Shown here: positions 1-8,500 of the stretch, in pieces
How positions within the stretch are numbered: position 1 is the stretch's first letter
How the letters are laid out: each line of letters starts with the position of its first letter
From: Gemmatimonadaceae bacterium
Lineage (GTDB): Bacteria; Gemmatimonadota; Gemmatimonadetes; Gemmatimonadales; Gemmatimonadaceae
Direction: 5' to 3'
Assembly: GCA_043788935.1 (NCBI GenBank)
Contig: JAYWIJ010000257.1
Location: 12,944 to 76,943 of the forward strand
Length of the DNA: 64,000 nucleotides
The notes under the pieces: model-generated
What the model was told of the DNA's origin: nothing
What the model saw: the letters and a program-made list of their open reading frames with translations, nothing else
Databases searched by the model: none
Translations under genes and position numbers: made by a program

Positions 1-14
1 GGCCGCCGACGATC

Positions 15-359
15 GTGCTTGCGTCACTCGTCGCAATCGCCGTTCCCGGCGTGCTCTTCGCCGTCACCACCGCGCTCGGCGGCGCGCCCGGTGTTGGCGC
101 CCTGTTCCTGCTGCTGCCGCTCACGGCCTATGCCTGTTACCGCGCGCTCAGGCTCGCGCGCACGGCAATGTTCCTCGCCGCGATCGGTGCACTGGGCCCG
201 CTCTTCGTTGGCGTGATGCTCACCTGGCCCGACTTCGCGAGCGGCGTGCCCTACCTCGCAGGAGCGACCGCAATTTTTGCAGGACTCTGCGGTATGCTTT
301 CACCGACGGCACGCGCCTGGCACGCCACGGAGCGCGCGCACGGGCTGCTCGACCCGTGA
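15..359 (+). CDS. hypothetical integral membrane protein; the frame is open to the window edge, so the true start may lie upstream
   Basis: ORF track, 114 aa. Hydrophobic helices are visible (LVAIAVPGVLFAVTTALGG, LFLLLPLTAYACY, FLAAIGALGPLFVGVML). GTG at 15. No family motif recognised. Confidence 0.4.
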   Translation: MLASLVAIAVPGVLFAVTTALGGAPGVGALFLLLPLTAYACYRALRLARTAMFLAAIGALGPLFVGVMLTWPDFASGVPYLAGATAIFAGLCGMLSPTARAWHATERAHGLLDP

Positions 360-399
360 CTGGCTGACCGACGCGCGTCTGCGCGTCGGTGCCGTCTGA

Positions 400-1146
400 T
401 CAGCGGCTGCGCAGCGTTCCCAGTCCGCCGTCCACGCCCAGCGTCTGGCCGGTGATCCAGCTGTTCTGCGGATCGAGCAGAAATGCGATCGCACGCGCCA
501 CGTCGCCCGGCTCACCGAGCCGGCCGATCGCGTGCATCGACAGCGACGACTGCTCGGCTGCGGCATTGCCCGTGATCCGGGCGGTGAGCGGCGTGCGGAC
601 CAGGCCCGGCGCGACGCAGTTCACGCGGACCTGCTTTGCCGCGTAGCTCGCCGCGGCGGACAGCGTCAGGCTCATGATGCCACCCTTGGCCGCGGCAATG
701 GCCTCGTGATTGGCCAGCCCGATTCGCGCGGCGGCCGACGCCACCAGCACGATGCTGCCACCGGCCGGCTCGGTGTTGTTCATCATCGGTCGCGTTGCAG
801 CCCGCACCAGCGAAAACGCCGAGCGGAGGTTCACACCGAGGACGTCGTCGAACTCCTCGGCGCGCGTGAGATGTGCGGGCTTGAGCAGGATCGATCCGAC
901 ACAGTTCGCCGCACCATCGATCCGACCGAACGTCTGCACCGCCGTCTCGACCGCGCGATCGATGTCGGCGGCGACCGTCGCATCGACGACGACGGTCGTG
1001 GCGCCAAGCTCCGCACCGAGCGCTGCCAGCGCTGCTTCGTTGCGTGCTGCGAGTACGAGTCGCGCGCCATTCGCGGCGAGTTGGCGGGCGAGGGCCGATC
1101 CGATGCCACCGGTGGCGCCGAGGATGAGATGTACGGGAGAGGTCAT
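400..1146 (-). CDS. short-chain dehydrogenase/reductase (SDR family oxidoreductase)
   Basis: 248 aa. N-terminal Rossmann motif ILGATGGIGSALARQL. Shows YxxxK-type SDR architecture (SAAASYAAAK) and a typical C-terminal ITGQTLGVDGG. Confidence 0.9.
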   Translation of the reverse strand: MTSPVHLILGATGGIGSALARQLAANGARLVLAARNEAALAALGAELGATTVVVDATVAADIDRAVETAVQTFGRIDGAANCVGSILLKPAHLTRAEEFDDVLGVNLRSAFSLVRAATRPMMNNTEPAGGSIVLVASAAARIGLANHEAIAAAKGGIMSLTLSAAASYAAKQVRVNCVAPGLVRTPLTARITGNAAAEQSSLSMHAIGRLGEPGDVARAIAFLLDPQNSWITGQTLGVDGGLGTLRSR

Positions 1147-1234
1147 GCCGGGCGAATGGCGGCAGTCCGCCTGCGGTTTCCTCTCGGGCGATGTGGAGAG
1201 CGGGCGTCAGGTGCGACGCCGCGCTCCCCGACGG

Positions 1235-1876
1235 TCAGGGAGACAGCCGCTCGAGTGCCCAGCCGCCGTCCTGCAACCGGTAGCGCAGCCGGTCGTGCAG
1301 CCGGCTCTGCCGACCCTGCCAGAACTCCACCTGCACCGGCGTTACCAGAAACCCGCCCCAGTGCGGCGGCAGGGGAGGAGCCGCGTCTCCCGGATATCGC
1401 GTTTCCACCTCGCGCACCTGTGCCTCCAGCACGCTGCGGTCCGTGATCACGCGACTCTGCTCGCTGGCCCACGCGCCGATCCGGCTGCCACGCGGACGCG
1501 AGTCGTAGTACGCCGCCGACTCCTGCGAAGGCAACTGCTCCACGTGTCCACGGATGCGCACCTGTCGCTCCAGCTCCTGCCAGAAGAACACCAGTGCCGC
1601 CTGCGGACGCGCCGCGAGATCCTGTCCCTTCCGACTCCGGTAATCGGTGAAGAACGTGAAGCCGCGTGCATCCACACCCTTGAGCAGGACGATGCGTGCG
1701 TCAGGGGCACCGTCGTCGCCGATGGTTGCGATGGTCATCGCGTTCGGCTCCGCGATCTGCGCGTCCGTGGCGTTCGCGAACCAGTGGCGGAACTGTTCGA
1801 TCGGATCCGCCACCACATCGGTGATGTCGAGCGAGGCGAGCGCGTAGTCGCGCCGCAGGTCGGCAATGGAGCTCAT
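1235..1876 (-). CDS. pdxH: pyridoxamine 5'-phosphate oxidase
   Basis: 213 aa. Has PdxH hallmarks: LRRDY near the N-terminus, the [26 protein letters not shown]-binding core, and C-terminal [16 protein letters not shown]. Confidence 0.92.
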   Translation of the reverse strand: MSSIADLRRDYALASLDITDVVADPIEQFRHWFANATDAQIAEPNAMTIATIGDDGAPDARIVLLKGVDARGFTFFTDYRSRKGQDLAARPQAALVFFWQELERQVRIRGHVEQLPSQESAAYYDSRPRGSRIGAWASEQSRVITDRSVLEAQVREVETRYPGDAAPPLPPHWGGFLVTPVQVEFWQGRQSRLHDRLRYRLQDGGWALERLSP

Positions 1877-1885
1877 TCGGGCAGA

Positions 1886-2683
1886 TCAGGCGGTGGAAGG
1901 TCTGGCGTGCGGCGGCAGGTGCGCGATGACACGGTGCATGCCGCATGCGCGAGCCGCCGTCAGGAGTTCGGCGCGGTCGTGCACCGAGAGTACCCGTGGC
2001 AGCAGCAACACGGGACAGCCGAGCATCGCCGCGAGCGTCTCCTGCATGGCGGTCACCGCCGCATCGTCGGTGGCAGCGTCCGACTGCGATGCTGACAACA
2101 CCACGCCACTGATCGACAGGCCACGCGACTGCACCACCGACGCGAGCAAGCGCACATGGCCAACGGTCCATCGGCTCACCGGTTCCACCAGCACCACGCT
2201 CAGCGTCCACCGCGCGAGCAGGTCGAGCATCGTCAGCGACGGCGTGATCGGGTCCAGCACACCGACGGCGTCACTCACCACAAGCACGGTGCGCCCCTCC
2301 GACAACCGCTCACGCGCCAGATCGAACGCGGCGCCATGCAGGAGCGTCCCGGTCGCGTCGGCCGCGTGCATGGCGGAACGATCCGCCTCGAGTGCGAAAG
2401 GCGTCACCTGGCGCGGATCATCCATGTGCCCTGCCGCCCACCGGATCAATGAGCCACGGCTCCCTGCCTCGCAGGGATCATCCAGTCCCGTCTCGACCGG
2501 CACCATGGCGGCCACGTTCGCGCCGTCCGCCGCCAGCAGGACGATGAGCATCGCCGCCGCCTGCGTGGCGGCATCGTCGGGCGTGAGAGCCGTCACGCCG
2601 AGGCCCGGAAGCAGTACGGGCAGTTGAGCGTCGGGCGTGGGATCGGCAGTCGTCATCATGCCTGCAAATTCATGCGCGGTCAC
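1886..2683 (-). CDS. dethiobiotin-synthetase-like (BioD fold) protein with degenerate P-loop and catalytic motifs
   Basis: 265 aa. Order and spacing of BioD-like blocks are preserved (VTPFALEADRSAMHAA ~ NPYTFAEPTSPHIAA; VLVVSDAVGVLDP ~ VLVEGAGGWFTP). The expected GxxxGKT is replaced by GLGVTALTPDDAAT. Confidence 0.55.
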   Translation of the reverse strand: MTAHEFAGMMTTADPTPDAQLPVLLPGLGVTALTPDDAATQAAAMLIVLLAADGANVAAMVPVETGLDDPCEAGSRGSLIRWAAGHMDDPRQVTPFALEADRSAMHAADATGTLLHGAAFDLARERLSEGRTVLVVSDAVGVLDPITPSLTMLDLLARWTLSVVLVEPVSRWTVGHVRLLASVVQSRGLSISGVVLSASQSDAATDDAAVTAMQETLAAMLGCPVLLLPRVLSVHDRAELLTAARACGMHRVIAHLPPHARPSTA

Positions 2684-2731
2684 GCTGCTGCCAACTGCCG
2701 CCGCACCACCTCGCTCTACCGCAGGCCGTCG

Positions 2732-3559
2732 TCAGCCACCCAGCGCCTCACGCCGACGGAAGCAGAAGCCGGAGTACGCGATCTCGTTGGCGCCGGTCAC
2801 GTAGGCGATCTGCGTGCGCCGAGTGGGATCCTCCCACGAATCCAGCAGCTCGTAGCCGATCGCCTCCATTGACGCCACGACGTCGCCGAAGCGTGCAATG
2901 CGGTACGGACAAATCGCAACGCCGATGTTCTGCAGCGTGATGATTTCGCGCTGGTCGTGCGTCGGCGTCTCGTTGATCAGCACCACGCGCGGCTTCCGTG
3001 GCTGCGCGGCGAGCAGATCCGCGATCTGTCGTTCGATGTACTGCAGCGAACCGGTGGCGAGCACCACGTCCGCACCCGTCACGTCGTCGAGCTCCGTCGT
3101 GAACTCGAGATTCGTCGCGCCCTGCTCCACGGCCATTTCACGTCCCTGCGCCACGACCGACGGTACGTCGCAGACGGTCCAACGCTGATGGCTGCGGAAG
3201 TCGAGATAGCGACCGTAGGCGTAGTACATGATGCCGACATGCCCGCCGATGTCGAACAGCTGCGCGGTGTCCTGCATCTCGCGCGACAGCCAGTACAGCG
3301 CGGGGTAATCCTTCGGCAGCACGCGCTGCATACGGTCACGATAGAGCGTCGCGGCGCTCTGCACGTCGTAGCCCAGATGCATCGTGCGTGGCGCTGCGAT
3401 CGTTGCCGCGGTGAACGACGCATGCTCACCGCAGAGGCTCCCGGTGCCGCGCGGGGTCGGGAACGCACGCTCGAAGCGCGCGCGCAGTGTCGCACGGATG
3501 GGCGGGAGTGTCCGCAGTCCGTCCAGCGATGTCAATGCGCGAAGTGTTCCGAAATGCAC
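2732..3559 (-). CDS. class I SAM-dependent methyltransferase (resembles the TIGR04325/LIC12133 type)
   Basis: 275 aa. Contains LFDIGGHVGIMYYAY (motif I-like), then WTVCDVPSVVAQGRE and the ATGSLQYIE blocks typical of that family, as recalled from memory. Confidence 0.6.
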   Translation of the reverse strand: MHFGTLRALTSLDGLRTLPPIRATLRARFERAFPTPRGTGSLCGEHASFTAATIAAPRTMHLGYDVQSAATLYRDRMQRVLPKDYPALYWLSREMQDTAQLFDIGGHVGIMYYAYGRYLDFRSHQRWTVCDVPSVVAQGREMAVEQGATNLEFTTELDDVTGADVVLATGSLQYIERQIADLLAAQPRKPRVVLINETPTHDQREIITLQNIGVAICPYRIARFGDVVASMEAIGYELLDSWEDPTRRTQIAYVTGANEIAYSGFCFRRREALGG

Positions 3560-3751
3560 CAGTCGTCCACGTTGCCGCCGTCAGCGTTCCGATCCGGCAA
3601 CGGCGCCATGGACCCGGTCGTGCTGCGTGAAATTACACCGTGGTCTGCTGATCGACAGCGGCGACTCAGGTCGGTCTCTTCTTCGCAATGACATGGCAAT
3701 ATCACGCGCAATACAACGTGTCGATGCGCGCGAGGCCGCGTCGCACATGCA

Positions 3752-3783
3752 CAGCGGGGCACACGATGTCGTGTGCCCCGCTG
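3752..3783. terminator. perfect 13-bp GC-rich hairpin downstream of the small membrane-protein gene
   Basis: CAGCGGGGCACAC-gatgtc-GTGTGCCCCGCTG read directly. It sits 20 nt past the stop of the minus-strand CDS 3803..4033. No clear T-tract follows. Confidence 0.4.
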
Positions 3784-3802
3784 TGACTTCAACCCGTGAC
3801 GC

Positions 3803-4033
3803 TCAGTGCTCGGCGGCTGCCGGCGCGGCGCTCGCCGGCTTCACGGACGAACCGTGCGGCAGTGCGCCCTTCGCCCGGAACATCGGATCGGTGGGGTCGC
3901 GATACGTCGCCTTGTGAATGCTCCAGGCGCCGAACCAGAGTGCGACGGCGACGAGCGTCGTCACGATGGCGTAGGGCCACCCTTCCTTGGTCGGCTCGAT
4001 GGGGACGTGACGTCCTTCGGAATGGCTGGCCAT
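3803..4033 (-). CDS. small hypothetical membrane protein (1 TM)
   Basis: Internal ATG of ORF 3803..4291, giving MASHSEGRHVPIEPTKEGWPYAIVTTLVAVALWFGAWSIHK... The upstream part of the ORF is Arg/Gly/Ala-rich and looks non-coding. Confidence 0.4.
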   Translation of the reverse strand: MASHSEGRHVPIEPTKEGWPYAIVTTLVAVALWFGAWSIHKATYRDPTDPMFRAKGALPHGSSVKPASAAPAAAEH

Positions 4034-4131
4034 CTGGCGAATGCTCCTCGTGCGACGGTGTGCCGGGGCCTGTCCGCCGGCAGCAGAAACAATAACACCC
4101 ACCGGAAGCGCCCGGTGCCCCCGACTGCACC

Positions 4132-6105
4132 TCAGGCGCTCAGCGGCCCCGTGCCCTCGACCACGAGCATCAGCTGGTCGATCGTGTACGGCTTCGCCAG
4201 CAGCCCGTCCACACCCAGCGCCTCCGCCCGGCCCATCATCGGCGAGCCGGGCCCATCGCCCGTGCTCAGCACGTACCGTGTCCCCGTGCAACTGGGCAGC
4301 ATCCGCATGCGCCGGATGAGCTCCACCCCGTCCATCTCGGGCATGTGGAGGTCGCAGACCACCACGTCGAACGTGAACTGCTCGGCGATGCGCACGGCGT
4401 GCATCCCGTCGCTCGCACCCACCACCGCGTGGCCGCGAGAACTCAGAAACCGGGTCAGGAAGCTGATGATCGCGGCCTCGTCGTCCACCACCAGGATGTC
4501 CAGCGCCTTCCCGCTCGGCAGCATGTCGCTGTCCATCGTGGGGATGGCCGATTCACCGGTGACATGCTGGTCCTCCGTGTCGTCCGGTGCGCCGACGATG
4601 GGCAACCGGACCATGAACTCCGTCCCGCGCCCCAACTCGCTGTGCACGTCCACCACGCCGCCGTGCTCCGTCACGATGCTGTGCACCACGCTGAGACCGA
4701 GCCCCGTACCGACCCCCTCTTCCTTGGTCGTGAAGAACGGGTCCCAGATGCGACCCAGCAGTGACGGCGAGATGCCCGCGCCGTTGTCCGCCACCTTCAC
4801 CACCACGTACGTGTCGCTCTCGGTCTCCGTCGAGATGCGCAGCTCCAGCGGCGCCTGCACCATGGCGCGGGTGCCGCGCATCGCCTCCAGCGCCTGACGC
4901 GCGTTGACGACCAGGTTGAGCATCACCTGCTCGAGGCGCGCGGTGTCGCCTTGTACGTAGACCGGCTGTTCCGTCAGCGCGAGCTGCACGCGCACACCGC
5001 GCGTGTCCAGCGCATAGCGCTGCGTATCCACGATGTGACGGATCACGCCGTGCAGGTCCACCAGTTCGCTGCGTGTCACGTTGCCCTGCCGAGCGAATGT
5101 CAGCAGGTCACGCACCACACGTTCGGCGCGACGTGCTTCGCGGCCGATGGTCTCCAATGCCTTGCGGTCGTCGTCCGGCCACGAGCCGCGCAGCAACAGC
5201 TGCGAGAAGCCGCTGATCGCCGCCAGCGGATTGTTCAACTCATGCGCCACGCCGGCCAGCATGTGGCCCAGCGACGCCATCCGCTCACTGCGCCGGAGTC
5301 GCTCGTCGCGCCGGTGGCGCTCGGTCACATCTTCGGCGATGCCCTCGAAGACCGGCGGCCCGCCATCCTCGTCTTCGACCATGCGTAACGAGAGCCGCAC
5401 GTCGATCAGTTCACCGTCGCGCCGGCGCCAGGTGACCTCCACCCAGTCATCGAGCTCACCGTTCTCCGCCGTGCGCACCAGCCACTCATGATCGGAGATG
5501 TCCGCGTACACATCCTGTGCGAGATCCAGTGCCAGCAGTTCGTCGCGCGTGTCGTAGCCGAGCAGTGCGAGCATGGCCGGGTTGGCATCGAGCATGCGCT
5601 GGTTTCGCTCCGCGCGATACACGCCGTACACCGCCCGCCGGACGAGCGCATCGTAATTCGCGCGCGTCCTCGCGAGCATCTGCTGCGCCAGCCGTCGCTC
5701 GCTCATGTCGCGCGTGACGGTGATGTAGCCCGTCACGACGCCATCGTCATCGCGCACGATCGACACGCGCGATTCGACCCAGAGCTGCGTGCGGTCGGCG
5801 CGTCGCAACAGCCAGGTGGCGACGGGGAAACGCTCACCGCGCGCGATGCCATCCATCAGGAGCGTCGCGATGGCCCGCTCGTTCTCGCTCATCATCGCCG
5901 TGAAGTGCCCGCCGATGAAACGATCCGGCGGCATCCCGAACAGGTCCTCGAAATATGGCGAGGCATACGAGACGATACCGTTGGTATCCATCGCGATGAC
6001 CGCTGCCTCGAGTGTCTCCGCGAGAATTCGGGACATGTCGCGACCCGCCGCGCCGATGGCATCGAATGCCGCAGGCGTCACGCGCGGCAGGCGCGCGTCC
6101 ATCAC
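4132..6105 (-). CDS. hybrid sensor histidine kinase (PAS domains + HisKA + HATPase_c + C-terminal receiver)
   Basis: 657 aa. H-box HELNNPLAAISGF. N/G boxes NLVVNARQA, DNGAGI, GTGLGLS. Receiver domain ILVVDDEAAII...VVVCDLHMPEMDG...AKP. Confidence 0.92.
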   Translation of the reverse strand: MMDARLPRVTPAAFDAIGAAGRDMSRILAETLEAAVIAMDTNGIVSYASPYFEDLFGMPPDRFIGGHFTAMMSENERAIATLLMDGIARGERFPVATWLLRRADRTQLWVESRVSIVRDDDGVVTGYITVTRDMSERRLAQQMLARTRANYDALVRRAVYGVYRAERNQRMLDANPAMLALLGYDTRDELLALDLAQDVYADISDHEWLVRTAENGELDDWVEVTWRRRDGELIDVRLSLRMVEDEDGGPPVFEGIAEDVTERHRRDERLRRSERMASLGHMLAGVAHELNNPLAAISGFSQLLLRGSWPDDDRKALETIGREARRAERVVRDLLTFARQGNVTRSELVDLHGVIRHIVDTQRYALDTRGVRVQLALTEQPVYVQGDTARLEQVMLNLVVNARQALEAMRGTRAMVQAPLELRISTETESDTYVVVKVADNGAGISPSLLGRIWDPFFTTKEEGVGTGLGLSVVHSIVTEHGGVVDVHSELGRGTEFMVRLPIVGAPDDTEDQHVTGESAIPTMDSDMLPSGKALDILVVDDEAAIISFLTRFLSSRGHAVVGASDGMHAVRIAEQFTFDVVVCDLHMPEMDGVELIRRMRMLPSCTGTRYVLSTGDGPGSPMMGRAEALGVDGLLAKPYTIDQLMLVVEGTGPLSA

Positions 6106-6227
6106 GGTACGGTGTCGAAAGACATATCACCAAACTATACGCACGACGCACACGACTGCGAGGTGCCGCCGCGCACTGCCGACAGATCAATTCAGTCCAA
6201 TCTCAGCGCGCAGCCAGGAACACGAGA

Positions 6228-6776
6228 TCAGGCGCCACCGGCGCTCGTCGCGAGCGCCGCGTCGATGGCGGCGCGCACCGATGCATCGCCTGCCGGGATC
6301 GCACCGGAATGACGCCACAGGAGCCGCCCGTCCGCGGAGATCAGCCACGTCTCCGGAATGCCGACCGCCGCGAACTGGCCGCGCACCTGATCGGCGGGAT
6401 CACGCCCGATCAGGAAGGTGGCGCCCATCGACGTGGCGCTGGCTGCCACCACCGTGTCGCCGTCGGTGTCGATCGAGACGGCGACCACCCGCAGCCCGCG
6501 TGGCCCGTAGGTGGTGTGCAGCGCCTGCAACTCCGGGAACTCGGCTTTGCACGGCCCGCACCACGTCGCCCACACGTTCACCAGCGTCACCGGCTGCCGC
6601 GCACTTCCGCCGACGCGCACCGAATCGCCGCTCAGCGTGGCCACGGCGAACGCCGGTGCCGGCGCACCGATCGAGGCGGGTGCGAATGCGGCCGCACTGT
6701 CAGTGCCTGGCGCGGGTTTCGACGTGCCGCACGCCGACAGCGCGGCACCCAGCAGCATCACTCGTGCAGATCGCAT
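6228..6776 (-). CDS. TlpA/ResA-family thiol:disulfide oxidoreductase lipoprotein
   Basis: Internal start MRSARVMLLGAALSACG (lipobox). Thioredoxin motif WATWCGPC. The part of ORF 6228..7103 upstream of this start has no signal peptide and overlaps the parS-like gene. Confidence 0.85.
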   Translation of the reverse strand: MRSARVMLLGAALSACGTSKPAPGTDSAAAFAPASIGAPAPAFAVATLSGDSVRVGGSARQPVTLVNVWATWCGPCKAEFPELQALHTTYGPRGLRVVAVSIDTDGDTVVAASATSMGATFLIGRDPADQVRGQFAAVGIPETWLISADGRLLWRHSGAIPAGDASVRAAIDAALATSAGGA

Positions 6777-6918
6777 CGGCGTTCCTCCAAGGGGGGCTGC
6801 CCCAGCAGCAGTCGGTTCAGCGCGGGCGGGCGTTCCACCACGCCGAGCCGTAAGGTAGGCAGGGTGTCCACTCCCGGAGAACCTTGCGGACGTCCATTTA
6901 GAGACACATACTCCACGT

Positions 6919-7362
6919 ATGGACATCGCGCCGGCGGCACCCCCAGCGGACGCGCACGGCACCACGGCCCTTCGCGACCTGAGTCCCGAACAGGCCCGCC
7001 GCCTTGGCGGTGCCGGTCTGCGCACCTTCGTGAGCATCGCCGACGAGTGGCAACTCCCCGTCGCCGCTCGCTGCATTCTCCTCGGTGGCATCGGACCGTC
7101 CACGTATCACAAATGGCGACAGGGCGACCTCGGCGTCCCCTCGCGCGATCAGCTCGAACGCCTCTCGCTGCTGCTCGGGATCTACAAGGCGCTCCGGCTG
7201 CTCTTCACCGACGAAACCACCGGGCTGCGCTGGCTCCGTGCGGCCAATCGCGACACCGACTTCGGCGGGCAATCGCCGCTCGAGCGCTTGACGCGCGGAT
7301 CGATCGAGGATCTCTACGCCGTGCGCCGCTATCTCGACGGCTGGCGAGGCAGCTGGCCGTGA
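6919..7362 (+). CDS. Xre/ParS/MbcA-type antitoxin (DUF2384 toxin-binding domain)
   Basis: 147 aa. The C-terminal block FGGQSPLERLTRGSIEDLYAVRRYLDG is typical of DUF2384 antitoxins. Its stop overlaps the GTG of the RES gene (GTGA). Confidence 0.85.
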   Translation: MDIAPAAPPADAHGTTALRDLSPEQARRLGGAGLRTFVSIADEWQLPVAARCILLGGIGPSTYHKWRQGDLGVPSRDQLERLSLLLGIYKALRLLFTDETTGLRWLRAANRDTDFGGQSPLERLTRGSIEDLYAVRRYLDGWRGSWP

Positions 7363-8051
7363 CCGCGGGCGACGTCCCGTTGGTCAGGCTCCGGGGACGC
7401 GCCCACCGGCTGGTCCCATCCCGATTCCCGCCCGTTGGTGTATTCGACCGCGTGGCCTCGCCCGACGACGCGATCGCCGCCATGGAGCTCGAGAGCCTCA
7501 CCAACGACCGCATCCGGATTGCCATCGAGCGCAGCGCCGCGCTGCCCGACACCGACTGGGTGGTCGGCGTACCCGGCGCCACGCTCGTCATGGCGGCATT
7601 CCTGCACGCCGCACCGGAAGGCGGCCGCTTCAACGGCCCGAAGCTTGGTGCGTGGTATGCCGCGCGCGACCTGCAGACGGCGATGCGTGAAACCATCCAC
7701 CATCACACGCGCCGCCTCGCCGCATCCGACATGGGGTTCGATGCGTCGATCACGATGCGTGAGCTGGTCTGCACGCTCGACGTCCGTCTGCTGGATCTGC
7801 GCGGCCGTCACGCCGAGCATCCGTCGCTGTATGATCGGGACGACTACACCGCATCGCAGGCCTTCGGCGAAGCGGTGCGCGCCCGCGGTGACACCGGCAT
7901 CGTCTGGACCAGCGTCCGCCATCCCGCAGGAGAGTGCGTCGTGATCTACCGCCCGCGCACCCTGCTCCCCGTCATGCAGGGCCGTCACATCGAATACCGC
8001 TGGCATGGTCTCGCGGAACCGGAGATCCTGCGGCTCGAGTCCGTGCGCTGA
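7359..8051 (+). CDS. RES-domain toxin (ParT/MbcT-like NAD+-targeting enzyme family)
   Basis: Last 230 aa of ORF 6012..8051, starting at the GTG at 7359. R-E-S signature positions are present: LVPSRFPP, WYAARDLQTAMRETIHH, GIVWTSVRHPAG. Confidence 0.87.
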   Translation: MTAGDVPLVRLRGRAHRLVPSRFPPVGVFDRVASPDDAIAAMELESLTNDRIRIAIERSAALPDTDWVVGVPGATLVMAAFLHAAPEGGRFNGPKLGAWYAARDLQTAMRETIHHHTRRLAASDMGFDASITMRELVCTLDVRLLDLRGRHAEHPSLYDRDDYTASQAFGEAVRARGDTGIVWTSVRHPAGECVVIYRPRTLLPVMQGRHIEYRWHGLAEPEILRLESVR

Positions 8052-8054
8052 TTC

Positions 8055-8490
8055 CGCAACGGCAACGGCAACTACAACTACCACTGCACATCGCAGAACT
8101 GCACGGCCGCGGAACCGAGCGACCGCAGAGCTGCAACTCCTTTAGCGCAAAACGGCGACTGCGCGCAGAACGGCATGGGACACAAACCAACAGCGACGCG
8201 ACACAGCGCGACTGCCGTACCGTCCCGTCGGAGATCGCTGCCATGCGTGGCCGATTTTTTGGGAACTGCGCTCGCCGTGGCAGTTTCCATTGCCATTGCG
8301 CAGCGACGAATCGCGGCGGAAGGTCGAGACGTGAGCGTGTGCCCGAGAGAGCCGTTTCGCGTTCATGCCGTCTTGCGGGCCGTTGCCGTTTCGCGATACG
8401 TCGTTCGCCTTTGGCGTGCTGCGGTTGTTCCGTTCAGCGGCCGTGCAGTTCTGCGATGTGCCGTTGCCGTCGCAGTTGCCGTCGTCGCCG
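8055..8490. repeat. ~435-bp long imperfect palindrome (MITE-like element) between convergent genes
   Basis: Perfect 25-bp inverted repeat GCACATCGCAGAACTGCACGGCCGC at 8086..8110 versus 8437..8461. Imperfect IRs (GCAACGGCAACGG-type) extend outward, and there are nested inner IRs. The central hairpin at 8261..8289 shares a 15-mer with the element at 45484..45727. Confidence 0.7.
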
Positions 8491-8500
8491 CGTAAGGATG

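Noticed and set aside
710-2095. 461-aa plus-strand ORF spanning the SDR, pdxH and BioD-like genes in antisense. Similar shadow ORFs occur at 532..1446, 22253..23626, 37029..38288, 38730..39815, 50594..51580, 52306..53607 and 55657..56520.
   Set aside because: Each overlaps a motif-bearing gene on the opposite strand and has an Arg/Ala/Ser/Pro- or Arg/His-dominated low-complexity composition.
6012-7358. N-terminal 449 aa of the 679-aa ORF 6012..8051.
   Set aside because: It is Arg/Pro/Gly/Ala-rich nonsense that overlaps the histidine kinase, tlpA and parS-like genes. Only the last 230 aa (from the GTG at 7359) form the RES domain.
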